Both the position numbers and the translations under genes were made by a program. The notes below the pieces were generated by a model. It saw nothing but the letters and a program-made list of their open reading frames with translations. It did not search any database and was not told the DNA's origin. From assembly GCF_001194135.2 (NCBI RefSeq), contig NC_068982.1, forward strand, positions 144,351,967-144,387,901: a DNA stretch of 35,935 nt, read 5' to 3'. Position 1 is the first letter of the stretch. Each line of letters begins with the position of its first letter. This document shows positions 1-11,780 of the stretch, piece after piece. Source of the DNA: Octopus bimaculoides (taxonomy: Eukaryota).

Positions 1-80
1 ATACATACATACATACATACATATACATACATATATATACATACATACATATACATACATATATATACATACATACCTAC

Positions 81-149
<69 letters not shown>

Positions 150-165
150 TACATATAAACACACT
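1..165. repeat. Compound microsatellite (ATAC)n/(AT)n/(AC)n
   Basis: Directly visible. Confidence 0.95.
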
Positions 166-427
166 TGGGTTTGATATATAAAATATATGTACATGTATAT
201 ATACATGTAAATACCGAGAAACAAATACTGAAAATTTTCAGAAGGTGAACATTCATGTCTAAGCATACAGCAAGACACCTGTTTCGGTACTTTAGAGTGT
301 ATGTTGATCTTCAGTTCCTTAAAAGTTGTGTTAGTAATAGTCAACTGGTGGAATTTAGTCTAAAAAAACAAAAATTCAACTTTTAAATGAGTCTGTGTGA
401 AAAAGTGTCAGCCTAGCAGTTGAAGGA

Positions 428-1062
428 ATGAGGCAGTGGAGCACAAGCTTTGAACATTGGGCCACACCGAGGCAATGACAAGTGACCGACATCTTTGGAG
501 ATATGCTGTGCTTGAGAAGACCCAGCAAGCCAAGTGAGACCATAACCATGGCCTATGCCAATGCTGTATAACCAGCCCATTTAAGAGTACCCTTCAATCA
601 TTGGATAATAAACTTGTGAAGACCTGTTGAGGCAAGTGAAATCGCTGTTGTGGCTGGACAGTACTGCCTGATTGGCACCCATACCAGTGGAACGTTAAAA
701 GTACCATTCAAGAATGATCGTTGCCAGGGCTGCTGAATGGCTCTTGTGCCGGTGGCATGTAAAAAGCACTATTTGAGCATAGCCGATGCCAGTGCCGCCT
801 GGCTGGCTCCTGAGCAGGTGGCATGTAAAAAGCATTATTTGAGCATAGCCGATGCCAGTACCGCCTGACTGGCCCTCATGCCGGTGGCACGTAAAAGCAC
901 CCACTACACTCTTGGAGAGGTTGGTGTTAGGAAGGGCATCCAGCTGTAGAAACTTTGCCAGATCAGATTGGAGACTGGTGCAGCCTTCTGGCTTGCCAGC
1001 CCTCAGTCAAACCATCCAACCCATGCCAGCATGGAAAGTAGAAGTTAAACGATGATGATGAT
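428..1062 (+). mobile_element. 3' end of an RTE-clade LINE: ORF C-terminus, 3'UTR and (GAT)n tail
   Basis: Translates ...EAMTSDRHLWRYAVLEKTQQAK* (stop at 535-537), an RTE-type C-terminus also seen at 10043-10240. It ends ccatgccagcatggaaagtagaagttaaacgatgatgatgat, a tail shared with 12050-12338 and 26748-26905. Confidence 0.85.
686..900 (+). repeat. ~66-bp tandem repeat (3-4 units) inside the RTE 3'UTR
   Basis: The unit core ggtggca(t/c)gtaaaa(a)gcac starts at 751, 817 and 883 (66-bp spacing), with a diverged unit near 686. Confidence 0.85.
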
Positions 1063-1272
1063 ACATGGAAGTAAGAGACAGTTGGTCGCTGATGTGAGTG
1101 TACTTTGCATGGAAGTAAGAGAGATTAGGTCGAAGATGCAAGTATGTTTAGTAGAAAGTGAGTGTAGATCATTGTAAATGATAAGGGCTGAAGTTTAGGA
1201 AAACTTATGGCTTCAGAATATGTAATTGAATATCCAGCTTCATGATTGTTGCTGAAGAGTGTAAATAATTAG

Positions 1273-1273
<1 letters not shown>

Positions 1274-1323
<50 letters not shown>
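1274..1323. repeat. (GA)n microsatellite
   Basis: Directly visible. Confidence 0.95.
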
Positions 1324-2946
1324 CATTTCAAAGAAGAAATTTCTTTGAAAGAATGTAGCTGGCAACTGGAAAGTTACAAAATGACCGACTAGTTAGATTA
1401 CTTCACTGAACTGTATCAGTTCTTTTTAAATCTACAATCAATTTATAAATTTCTTAGATAATGGTTCTTTAAAGATAAAATGATTTCTTATTTAAGTATA
1501 AGGGAAGCAATAGGCATTAGTACTGACACTCACAAATTAACTGATACCTACTTTATGAACTTTAGGAGAGAAGGTGAAAAAAAAGTTGATTTTCAAGGGA
1601 TTTGAAGTTGGAATCATGTACCACATTATAAATTGATTTTCAGCTCTCTCAGCTTTATCCACAGCTCCCTAATTAGTAAGCTAGCAGAATGAAAAAAAAA
1701 ACTAGGAAAAAAACCCCCAAAAAGATGAAAAATAAATAGGAAAAAAAGAGCATAAAACCTACAGAATATCTTATCTCTTGGATAGCAAATACTGAAAACT
1801 GAACTGAGAGCATGAACTACAACTACTAAACAAACAGGTTAATGACAATGAAAACAACTGCATTGTTTTTCTTCTACTTTTAAATCAATGTTCACACCTG
1901 TTGTTCATAGACTGTATCTACCGAAGATTACACTACTTGCATTAAAATTCCATTGTAATTATTTTACAAGCACTAACAAGGTCCAAATCATTATTTTTAT
2001 TTGCTTCTTTTCTACATTCCATGTCAGCACTCTTCAGTCTTGATGCTGCTATTACAACTGCTACAGCAAATTAATAACAGAATTCAGTAATCTCCTGTTT
2101 GGTTACAAATCTAAAATAGACTTCATTGTGGAATGCAGCACTCCTGTCAAAGTTGGTGAACCTTTGTTTAATCAATGGAAGAGTGGATCACATTCATAGA
2201 ATCACCGCCTAATGTAGAAACCCCTTATAAACAAAAGAACCTCTATGTAACCACAAGCCACTAGAATTATCAACCAAACTTCCCTTAGATTACATCTTAC
2301 CATCTTAAAAAAGGAAGGACACATTGGATAATGCAGTCCTAGATACACTGTGCCTGAAAAAAGAGGAAGTCTGGTTATGGCTGGAATGCTGGCTGAACAA
2401 GTTGACATGGAAAATCAAACTGAGTGACATCAACAGAACAACAGGTCTGTTGATTGCAGTTGGTAATTAATTCAATCAACTACCTATGTTTTGTAGGTCT
2501 GCTTGGTCAAAGCTGATTTGGGGATAAACAACAGCAACATACCATTCACAATCTATCATTCTATATTTGCTACTTTTAATGACTCAAATAATTTTCCTGT
2601 GTATGGAACAGTGAAAAAGTTTCTTTAAAAAAGCAAAACCAAAAAAAAAAAAAAGAGGCCTTTGAGTTTCATTAATATCAATGCTTATGAAGACATGAAA
2701 AATACTCTTATATGATCATGAGACCTCACTTTATGAAGTGAACATATGATCACTTTCAGTGCCAATACTTAGATTGCAAGGGAACTTTCAAGTCTTGCAC
2801 ACTCCAAATGGATGACACCAAAACCCTCCCCTACACTACTACTACTACTAGGGAGGTGGCTTTGTGCTATGGATAAGCGGTTAAAAGAGTAAGAGGGATA
2901 GAGATAGGTGTTTTGTTGTAGAAGTGATACAAGGCTATCTCAGTTG

Positions 2947-2991
<45 letters not shown>

Positions 2992-3205
2992 CTTAGTGAG
3001 AGAGTGAGAGAGAAGGTGGTGAATATGTGTGTTACTTTACAATAAAATGCTACATTCCCACATTGAGAGGCCACAGTTCCAGTACTACAGACGGGATTAG
3101 AATGTTACAGAAAAGAATTACATGATGGATTCTTCAAGCTGAGCCAACTGGCAAGAGATGAAGATGACCAAGAATGGGATGGTTGGAAAATATCTATAAT
3201 TGCAG

Positions 3206-3417
3206 ATGGCAGTGAACTGTCGGAATTGTTAGCACACCAGGCGAAATGCTTAGTGGCATGTCATCTGTCTTCATGTTCTGAGTTCAAATTCCACCTTGGT
3301 CAGTTTTGCCTTACATCCTTACAAGGTCAATAAAATAAGTACCAGTTGAGCACTGAGGCGGATGTAATCAACTTACCCCATCCCCTGAAACTGCTGGCTT
3401 TATACCAAAATTTAAAA
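3206..3417 (+). mobile_element. tRNA-derived SINE, family B, full length
   Basis: B-box-like gagttcaaattcc and body ...ttttgccttacatcct..ggtcaataaaataagtaccagttgagcactg... are homologous to the copies at 22756-23603 and 24728-25040. Confidence 0.8.
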
Positions 3418-3779
3418 TTAAGATCTATAGTCTCAGTTGGTCACACTAGAAAATCCACTCAGACAGTCTAATGACAGTTACTTCTGTTAGGACCCTAGGG
3501 AGGAGGTGCCTGAGGATTCTACCCCAATGATCTTCTCGGGAATAGTGAGCTGAGATGGATGGATTGCTTTGCACCCATTATTTTACACTTCCATGGGTGA
3601 GAGTGACTGGCTGTTTTTTACAGCTGGAAGCCCTTTTCTAATCCCAACTACTGAATGGTGAAGCAGGTGTGAAACTTAAGAGAAGTTATATGTCTTGCCA
3701 AGAGGCATAACACAACAGTGGTTGTTGTTGTCATATGGCTTAAATTCATGACCATGTGGTCAGTACTCCAATACCTCGA

Positions 3780-3985
3780 CCCTTTAGCATTCAGATAATC
3801 CTGTTAATTCTTTAGCATTTAAACTGGCCATATTCAGTCAAAATATCTACCTGATTTGTTTTCAAACTTGCACTACAATATCATTCTAAAATTAAACAGT
3901 TATCTTCATAAAGATTTGAAAGCTATAAGATAATGTATGATTAATTCAAAACAGTGTGAATAAATCGACATTACACTGGACGTTA
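3780..3985. mobile_element. piggyBac-like MITE fragment(s) with TTAA-CCCTTTAGCATT-type termini
   Basis: ccctttagcattcag (3780) is followed by ttaattctttagcatttaaa (3804). The body aligns by eye with 21842-22056. Superfamily inferred only from the TTAA+CCCTT terminus. Confidence 0.55.
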
Positions 3986-4010
3986 AATGATGAGGATACA
4001 CATGTGCGCG

Positions 4011-4012
<2 letters not shown>

Positions 4013-4060
<48 letters not shown>

Positions 4061-4080
4061 TGTGTGTGTGCGTGTGTGTG
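4013..4080. repeat. (GT)n/(GTGC)n microsatellite
   Basis: Directly visible; it explains the THTH ORF 3906..4112. Confidence 0.95.
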
Positions 4081-4292
4081 TAAATGCTGACATTCCTGAC
4101 GATGCTTATCACTGTTTGATTGCAATGGTGATATCCTGTTTACATTCCTTGTTGACAGTGTGACAGATCACTTCACACATTTGAAGATTACAATAAGAAA
4201 TTGTGAAACCTATACCAACAGAAAAGCTGGCCTAAGACTAACTATTGCGCATGCGTGCGAGTGTGTGTGATGTATATGTTAGATAATAAACA

Positions 4293-4523
4293 GTGGCTGT
4301 GTGATCGGTAGCTTGCTTACCAACAACATGGTTCCGGGTTCAGTCCCACTGCGTGGCTCCTTGGGCAAGTGTCTTCTACTATAGCCTCGGGCCGACCAAA
4401 GCCTTTTGAGTGGATTTGGAGGACGGAAACTAAAGGAAGTCCGCTGTGTATAAACTAATACATCTGTTTGTTGTTTACATGCCCGTCTTCGTCTTTTGTT
4501 TTATTGTAAATTCTCACTATATA

Positions 4524-4554
<31 letters not shown>

Positions 4555-4733
4555 CTCCCCCAACATCGCTTGACAACCACTGCTGGTGTTTACCTCCCTT
4601 TAACTTAACGGTTCGGCAAAACTGACCGATAGAATAAGTACTAAGCTTACAATGAATAAGTCCTGGGGTCGATTTGCTCGACTAAAGGCGGTGCTCCAGC
4701 ATGGCCGCACTCAAATGACTGAAACAAGTAAAA
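4293..4733 (+). mobile_element. tRNA-derived SINE, family A (CORE-like, resembling octopus OR-type SINEs), full length
   Basis: Head ggctgtgtg..gcttgcttaccaac..ggttcagtccc, CORE-like ccttgggcaagtgtcttc, internal (GT)n and tail gactgaaacaagtaaaa. Colinear with 32681-33075. Confidence 0.85.
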
Positions 4734-6601
4734 TGAAACGTTTTGGCGTCATTTTTTAATGGTTATAAAGACACTCCCACAATAAGTGTGTGTGTGTGTG
4801 AAGTGCTAAAAATATCTTCAAGCTCTCAGCTAATATTGAAAACTGTTATGCTTATCTCTGCCAGTCCTCTGCCTTGTAAAGTACCTTTATACTGATTTGT
4901 AAAATGACTAATAAATAAATTTATCCAACTACAATGCCCCACCGGTACTTTATTTTATGAACTCCAGAAAGAAAATCGTTTCTGGTGAGATTTACGCTTA
5001 TAATATAAAGGGACGTAACTAAATACATTGATTGACCTCATTACTGAATTTGCTAGCCTACTGCCCTAAAAAGAACATTAGTCTATATATATATAAATAT
5101 ATGGAAAGTTCTAACAGCTCAATGTGACAAGGGAGACTACTCTTACAATATAAGTTAGAGCACTAACTGTTTTTTGCTAACCAAACTACGCTGTTTAAAA
5201 GTATTTTAGTATGTTCTGTGACAAGCATAAAATTAATTCAAATAGAAAAGGTCCAAAGATTTAGCATATTTGTAAGGAATATTAATTTGCAATGTCGTGT
5301 CTAAAAATTAGTTATAGAAACAAGAAATATTTACTTCTGTTGTAGATGGCAATGTTTTTTTCTAAATGAGTTAACTAATTAACATCATTAATAGAATAAA
5401 ACATTTCCCAGTATAATCACTAAATACATCTGCCTAATTAACACATAACGAAAAGGATTAATTAAGTCTTTAAGCAACTACCTGTATAACCATTAATGAC
5501 TTAATGATGGATTTCAGACTTTTTAACTGAGAAACAATTTAGCATTTTCTATTTAGCTGCTAAGATTTTCAGCATAAAATGGTATCAGACAATACAAGAG
5601 CTAATTTGAAACAGAAAAAAGTAACAAGCCCACTGACACACTTAACTTGTGGTTGGTAACACGATCTCTTATCAAATGGTGCATGGTGCTAGATATTAAG
5701 TTCTACTATTGAGTGGAAGAATATAGTTGACAGCATCAAAAAGTATTTACTGATATATGCCAGGTTGGTTTGAGTGTGACTACTAATAAGTAACCCAGTA
5801 TGACTGATCCCCTTCAGCCACCCACCACCACCCACCGCTACTAGGCTAGCTTTGCCTGGTGTAGAGGGCTGGTTGCATGAGATTTAGTAGGATAGAAAAA
5901 AAAACCTGTGAAAAGGACGATAAACTCAACACAGGTCAACATCTACATAATAGTGAGTGGGAACACTGAAATACTTGAGTTAATGAACAACCATGCTGTA
6001 GGACTAATTTTTGGGTGGGTTGCATGATGGACCCCTAAATTTTGTCACAAGATCTCTCTAGAAGAGGGGTAGATAGAGCTTATTAGCTATAGTAGGGCTA
6101 ATTAACTATATTCTATCTACCTAGAATAGGGAAAACTCTCCAAACCACTGCTACCCTGTGTGCTCTTTGGTTGGCAAGGACAAGGAAATACAATAAATAC
6201 TCTAAAACAAAACCTAAGTTTGGCACAGTCCAGCCATAACAACTTTTTGTGACATTAGAAACTCCTTTACCTTACTCAAAAGGGATTGTGTTCAGTACAA
6301 GTTTAATTCACTATAAACTAACTTAAACCGGTGTACCTTTTGATGTCATACTCATGCAATTTTTCACCCTTTAGTGATTCTTTGGTGATGAAGCTTTTGA
6401 TGACAGTTATATTTTTTTTAGTGATTTTAGACTGGAAGAATGCAACGAAAAGCTACGGCAGAAGTGGCCCAGAACTTTATACATATATATATATATATAT
6501 ACTCATAAGACATAGGGTAAAGATTAATAATTAATTGATAATTAGTAATTTTACCAAGTAGTTCAGTGTGTTAAAAACCATTATCGGTAAATGTATAAAC
6601 A

Positions 6602-6932
6602 NNNNNNNNNNNNNNNNNNNNNNNNNNNNNNNNNNNNNNNNNNNNNNNNNNNNNNNNNNNNNNNNNNNNNNNNNNNNNNNNNNNNNNNNNNNNNNNNNNN
6701 NNNNNNNNNNNNNNNNNNNNNNNNNNNNNNNNNNNNNNNNNNNNNNNNNNNNNNNNNNNNNNNNNNNNNNNNNNNNNNNNNNNNNNNNNNNNNNNNNNNN
6801 NNNNNNNNNNNNNNNNNNNNNNNNNNNNNNNNNNNNNNNNNNNNNNNNNNNNNNNNNNNNNNNNNNNNNNNNNNNNNNNNNNNNNNNNNNNNNNNNNNNN
6901 NNNNNNNNNNNNNNNNNNNNNNNNNNNNNNNN
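6602..6932. other. Assembly gap (331 N) abutting an (AT)n tract
   Basis: Run of N; it produces five artefactual ORFs. Confidence 0.99.
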
Positions 6933-7061
6933 ATATATATATATATATACATACACACACAATGAGTGCCACTTGATGGTAGGCTCGAGTGTGTGGGGGG
7001 GTTACCTTGGAGTTTACAAATCATGAAATGAACTGCTATAGATTAGAAGGTAGTCACACTC

Positions 7062-7350
7062 AAGATTGAGTTGACAGCCATCAATAGAATTTGAACTCAC
7101 AACATAGAATGGATAAGACTAAACACTGTAAGGCATTTAACCCATTAATGTATAATTTTATGCCAAATAGCATAAAATAATGATTTCTCATATTAGCACA
7201 AGGCCACACACATTAGAGGAGAGAGCCACAATCAAATGAATCAATCCAAATACCTAACTCAAGAATGATAAAAAGCAAAGTCAACCTCAGTAAAGTTTAA
7301 CTCGGAACAAAGAGAGAAATAACTAAATACTACAAAAACATTCATTTATA
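7062..7350 (-). mobile_element. Two degraded family-B SINE copies
   Basis: gaatttgaactcacaac (~7087) and aaagcaaagtcaacctcag (~7272) are reverse complements of the family-B B-box and body; ttagcacaaggcc at ~7192 matches the 3' end. Confidence 0.6.
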
Positions 7351-7742
7351 CCATACTACCAGTATGTTTATAGTAATTTTTTTTTACATAAATACACTAC
7401 TGTATTGGTTATATCAACTCCCACTCCATTATTAACAATAACTATCAATAACAATAGTTCATATTCCCTACAGGCATAGTTGGGAAGGTTACAATATTGC
7501 ATCTTCCAAACTTCTCCTCACATTAACAGTCTTCAAAACTATTTACTAACAGCAGTTAATATATACATGTAAGAAGTTGATCATTGAGATTTGAATATTT
7601 AAAAAGAGCCAAGTATTTTCAATAGTAGCTTTTAGTTGAAACAAAGGCAAACAAATACAAAGATTCAGTTGCAGCAGATTTTATCTTATGAATATAGAAA
7701 CTATAAATAAAACAGTTGAAAATATTAAAAAATGTATCTTAC

Positions 7743-7837
7743 TTTTCATCCAAGTAGTATAGACCAAAATATTCCTTTTCTTTTAAGTTTAGATGCGAGG
7801 CCACAAGATCAAGTAGATCTTTGGTGTAAAGTTTTGG
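7743..7837 (-). CDS. FRMD4A: FRMD4A/FRMD4B-like FERM-domain protein, next coding exon (PKLYTKDLLDLVASHLNLKEKEYFGLYYLDE + AA; 95 bp, phase 0/2)
   Basis: Minus strand reads tttttttgtttattgcag|CCAAAACTTTAC...GATGAAAA|gtaaga. The peptide matches FRMD4A PKLLAKELLDLVASHFNLKEKEYFGIAFTDET as recalled. It is the real 3' half of ORF 7739..7933, whose 5' half is intron read-through. Confidence 0.95.
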
Positions 7838-8039
7838 CTGCAATAAACAAAAAAAGGATAATTTAATAGTAAATTTTAAATATTTCACTTTTTCTTCTGT
7901 TCTAGAAAATGTTTCAAGATATTTACAATGCAAATAAAATTTCTATTATGTTAAAAAAATATTTATCAAAAAGTTTTGAAACAATTTGGAATATTCGATG
8001 TGTTGACGTTACAGATATCAGAATTGTTCAATCAATCAC

Positions 8040-8900
8040 TACCATCATCATTGTCATCCTTGCTAGCATGGTTTGGATGCCGTGCAGAATATTCTCAACT
8101 GTATCAGTCTTCTATCATCTGTTATGTAAGGTCCAACATCTTAAGTTCTAACTTCAGCATTTCTTCTTCGTCTTTGGTTTTCCTCTCTTTCCAGGACTCT
8201 CCACTAATAGGTCATCAGGATTTTGCCTAGTTCTTGGAGTCAAGTTTGATTTATATATGTCCATATCAATACAGCTGTTTCTCCTGTACACTTTGCCTAG
8301 TTCATTTGTGCTCTGCTCAATGCAGGTTAACATTATATAAGGAAAAGAGCAAAGTGATATAATTTTTCTCATTACCATGCAACCACAATTCTTATACATG
8401 TTTCACACAACCTGTCTTTTTGATGAGGAGAGAAATTCTTTGTCAACAGAAAAAATAACCATCATAAATTACTCCCAAGCTTTTGCTACTTCCAGTATTA
8501 ATTAAAAGAATATCTACTATGTATAATGAATCATCTCAGCAGTTCTGATTTCATTCCATGAGCATTTCTATGGTTAACCACCATGTATCTGTTGTGTTTG
8601 AAGTCCTAGTGCAGTATTGGTTAGCCTGACTGCACTGTACCATTGTAAGAAGTTAACTCCCCACTGCACTGTTGTAGCCATTTAGCTTTAACAATTCCCA
8701 GATGTCTTCTATGTCATATTTATTTTCTCTTCCTTCTCGTAAGTGTCCCTCAGGTGCTTTTTGTTTTCTGAAGGATTCTTACAACAAGAATATAAATTTC
8801 TAACTTCCATACTGTTCTCCCCCAATTTGTCTTATTTCAATCTCTCTCATCATCAGGGAGGTATATAACTCATATCTGAAGTATTTAGAGTTTACAATCA
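8040..8900 (-). mobile_element. Decayed RTE LINE, RT/C-terminal region with tail
   Basis: Frame-shifted minus-strand translations LLTKNFSPHQKDRLCETCIR, LVESPGKRGKPK and EEMLKLELKMLDLT resemble the RTE C-terminus. A tail-like catcatcattgtcatccttgctagcatgg lies at ~8043. Confidence 0.7.
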
Positions 8901-9239
8901 TCTACCCATGTCATTTTCTAGTGTGTATAAAATCAATTTGGCCCATGTTGGCTGGTTTTCTGAAATTTGTCCTGTGCAGAGTTTATTATATGTATCATAG
9001 GACACCAAGAGTCCTGATTCTTTTTCATATCAAGTACAAAGGCCATAATATCCAAACACACCAGTGTACTTAGCCTGCTTTTTCTGACATAACTATGAAA
9101 TTGGTTACTAAAAGTACATTTTATGCAGTATACTAAATGCTCATAGAACTGGTGTTTTTTTTTTCTTTCTTTCTTTATCTTATTTGTCATTACTATTTGA
9201 AGGGCATAAAATGTGGAAACTATCACTGCCTATTACTAA

Positions 9240-9645
9240 TCCGAGTTAATAACAAGATCTGCCATACATCATACCCTATCATCTTGAAAAAAGGCAGAAC
9301 ATGTTGGATATCTAGGTATCTAACCTAGATACACTTACAATGACAGAGTGTTTTTCATTGGAAAACCTTTGTTTATTGGCCTATTAGTTCAGAGCTAAAC
9401 AACAATCTGAATTACTCCATCTATCCATTTCTCAGCTAAGCATATATTTAAATCACTTGTACCAGAGCTGTTACCCACCCAGTAGAATCTGAACTTGTGT
9501 TCCTTGCTTCAGAAGAATTTGAATGAAACTGCTTTAAATCACAACATAAATTTCACACATCTCCACTAAGATTTCAGTTATCTCAAAAGAACTTTTTTTC
9601 ATTGTACCAATATTCATAGTGACAAGCATGAAATTGAGAGCCTGA
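9240..9645 (-). mobile_element. Decayed RTE LINE, APE-like endonuclease N-terminal part
   Basis: Minus-strand translations VTMNIGTMKKSSFEITEIL and FYWVGNSSGTSDLNICLAEKWIDGVIQIV parallel the endonuclease remnant at 11230-11780. Confidence 0.72.
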
Positions 9646-9744
9646 AACTACAGAATTATCACTGCTTGTGAGGTTTTAAATAGAACAATTAACCTATTTG
9701 CTGTATGATTTTAAATGTGTTGAATAATGAAAAAAAAGCTATCA

Positions 9745-10240
9745 TGTCATCGTCATCGTTTAGCATCTTTCTATGCTGGAATAGCTTGGACAGTTTGACA
9801 TGGAGCTGGCTAACAGGGAGTTGTCCAGACTCCAACTGTCTGCTGTGGCATGGTCTCTATGGCTGGACACTCTTCCTAATGCCAACCACTTGATAGTGTG
9901 CTGGGTGATTTTTTTTATGCTACCAGTACAAATATGTTTACATAGCACTGGCATGGGTGCATTAATACAGCACTGTCACGGGTGCTTTTTAAGTGGTACC
10001 GGCACCTGAAAGACAAGCCTGTTTGTATGGAAGACAGTAATTTTACATAGCTTGATGCATCTTATCAAATACAGCAAATCGCCATATTTCCCAATCCCCT
10101 GTTATTTCCTCAGTGAGGCCCAGCTTCCAAAGATCCTTTCTAACCACTTCATCCCACATCTTTCTGGGTCTACTCATAACACAGGTACCCTCCACAATTA
10201 GAGCTTGACACTTCTTTATGCAGCTGTCCTTATCAATGTC
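9745..10240 (-). mobile_element. RTE LINE 3' end: 66-codon uninterrupted C-terminal frame (10240-10043) plus 3'UTR and tail
   Basis: Translates DIDKDSCIKKCQALIVEGTCVMSRPRKMWDEVVRKDLWKLGLTEEITGDWEIWRFAVFDKMHQAM*. The 3'UTR is homologous to 900-1062. Confidence 0.85.
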
Positions 10241-10798
10241 AACAGAAAGTAGAAATTTTCTTTATATATTTCAGTTGTTGGGGGATACCTTCAAGGATAT
10301 GGTTAGTTATATCAATCCCAGGGACTTATTCTTTCAACCTCAGAAGAATGATAGGCAGGATTTGAACTGAAAACTCTACCAAAGCTGCTATCCATTAAAT
10401 TAAACATTTCTGAATACCGAATAGTATTGTTTGCTCTTGATGAAGGACAATGACTGTTTTTGAAAATAGAAGTATAAACAATATAAATAAAATAATACCA
10501 GTATGAAAGTGTTATTATTTTATGAGCTACAGAGCTAAGGCAACCTTAGTAGGATTTGAACTTAGGATGTAGAGGGGACAAAACAAAATACTATACTCAG
10601 ATAAGTAATAGATCTTTGTTAGACTCATCTAATACTTATTTATATTAATGCATTAATATTCATATCTCATTTTATTTATTTATCACCACATTTTATTACA
10701 TATTTCCAAAGGACCAGTCATTGGTTCTCAGCATTAACAAAGGTGAGACACACAAGTAGAACCATTCAGCACAAATGTTTACTAGTTTTCTCAGCAAT

Positions 10799-11187
10799 TT
10801 GTTGTTGTTGGCACTCCGTCGCTTACGACGTTGAGGATTTTAGTTGATCCGATCAACAGAACAGCCTGCTCGTGAAATTAAAGTGCATGTGGCTGAGCAC
10901 TCCACAGACACGTGTACCCTTAACGTAGTTCTTGGGGATATTCAGCATGACACAGTGTGACAAAGCTGACCCTTTGAATTACAGGCACAACAGAAACAGG
11001 AAGAAAGAGTGAGAGAAAGTTGTGGTGAAAGAGTACAGCAGGGTTCGCCACCATCCCCTGCCGGAGCCTTGTGGAGCTTTAGGTGTTTTCGCTCAATAAA
11101 CACTCACAACGCCTGGTCTGGGAATCGAAACCGCGATCCTATGACCGCAAGTCCACTGCCCTAACCACTGGGCCATTGCGCCTCCAC
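10799..11187 (-). mobile_element. Full-length tRNA-derived SINE, family D, with 12-bp TSD
   Basis: A-box TGGCCCAGTGG (11175-11165), B-box GGTTTCGATTCCC (11132-11120) and a (CAA)n tail. TSD TTTCTCAGCAAT at 10787-10798 and 11188-11199. CpGs are retained. Confidence 0.9.
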
Positions 11188-11229
11188 TTTCTCAGCAATA
11201 TACAGAAAGAAACACACACACACACACAG

Positions 11230-11780
11230 AGTTATCAGAGAATATGAAGTCTATCTGACTTATGTGTTTATCTGATTGGTAGGTGATTGGGTGAATGATC
11301 AATTTACTGAAGTTAGTGTTACAAATGGCTAGGTAATTTGTTTCAGAGAACCCCAGGAGCCTATCTGCCAGGTGTGATAAGGAAGTCAATAACATTCGTT
11401 GTCAAGTTGGTCTCTGCAAGACAGCTTTGTAAAAATAGTCCATTTGTTCATCTATTAATCTTGATTGTTGTGCACATGCAAAGATAGCTGTTGCTGTTGT
11501 GTTTCCGATGACTACTCTAAATTTAATTCTTATCATGCACTGATTACCTTAGTTATTTTATGTGTTTCTCTGCAAGCAATTTGCTTACTCCATCTATCCT
11601 GATGTTGTAACCCACCTTGAAAAACTTGTACTTGCATTCCATGCCTCACCTCCATTTTACCTCTTGTACATAGCATACATCTACTCTAGCATATAAACAA
11701 TTTCTACAAACCTACTTTTCATTGAAACTATATTGATGGTGGCAGCCCTGAAAGTTTGTACTTGACAAGAAGAGGAGAGT
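11230..11780 (-). mobile_element. Decayed RTE LINE APE-like endonuclease domain
   Basis: TFRAATINIVSMKSRFVEIV..., VDVCYVQEVKWR, and in ORF 11192..11395 RLLGFSETNYLAICNTNFSKLIIHPITYQSDKHISQIDFI, which carries the endonuclease SQID(Y/F) motif. Confidence 0.8.

Noticed and set aside
686-900. CRISPR-like repeat-spacer array
   Set aside because: Whole units are repeated with no unique spacers, it lies inside a eukaryotic LINE 3'UTR, and no cas genes are present.
2301-2353. 53-nt minus-strand exon-like segment (ttttttcag|…|gtaaga)
   Set aside because: In the phase required after exon 7743 it gives KHSVSRTALSNVSFLF* with no FERM similarity; no other support.
2020-2470. Plus-strand stretch with coding-like peptides
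   Set aside because: Multiple stops and no recognisable family; may be an unidentified old TE.
6330-6600. Possible transposase-like (LEECNEKLRQKWP) or Penelope/hammerhead-like segment beside (TA)n
   Set aside because: Too short, no catalytic motif, and no CUGAnGA…GAAA core with stems; left unclassified.
6531-7026. Five long ORFs (124-152 aa)
   Set aside because: They run through the 331-N gap and (AT)n; artefacts.
7620-7700. Minus-strand ag|T TTC TAT ATT… (FYIHKIKSAATESLYL), loosely like FRMD4 RFYIESI…
   Set aside because: It would need a 42-nt intron and skipping of the GHLNWL exon, and it runs into a stop with no donor; judged coincidental.
7838-7933. N-terminal half of ORF 7739..7933 (MHCKYLE…FFCLLQ)
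   Set aside because: Intronic read-through including the polypyrimidine tract; the real upstream sequence is exon 31168-31233.
11100-11187. tRNA gene
   Set aside because: The tRNA-like sequence is a SINE head followed by a SINE body and flanked by a TSD; no complete cloverleaf.
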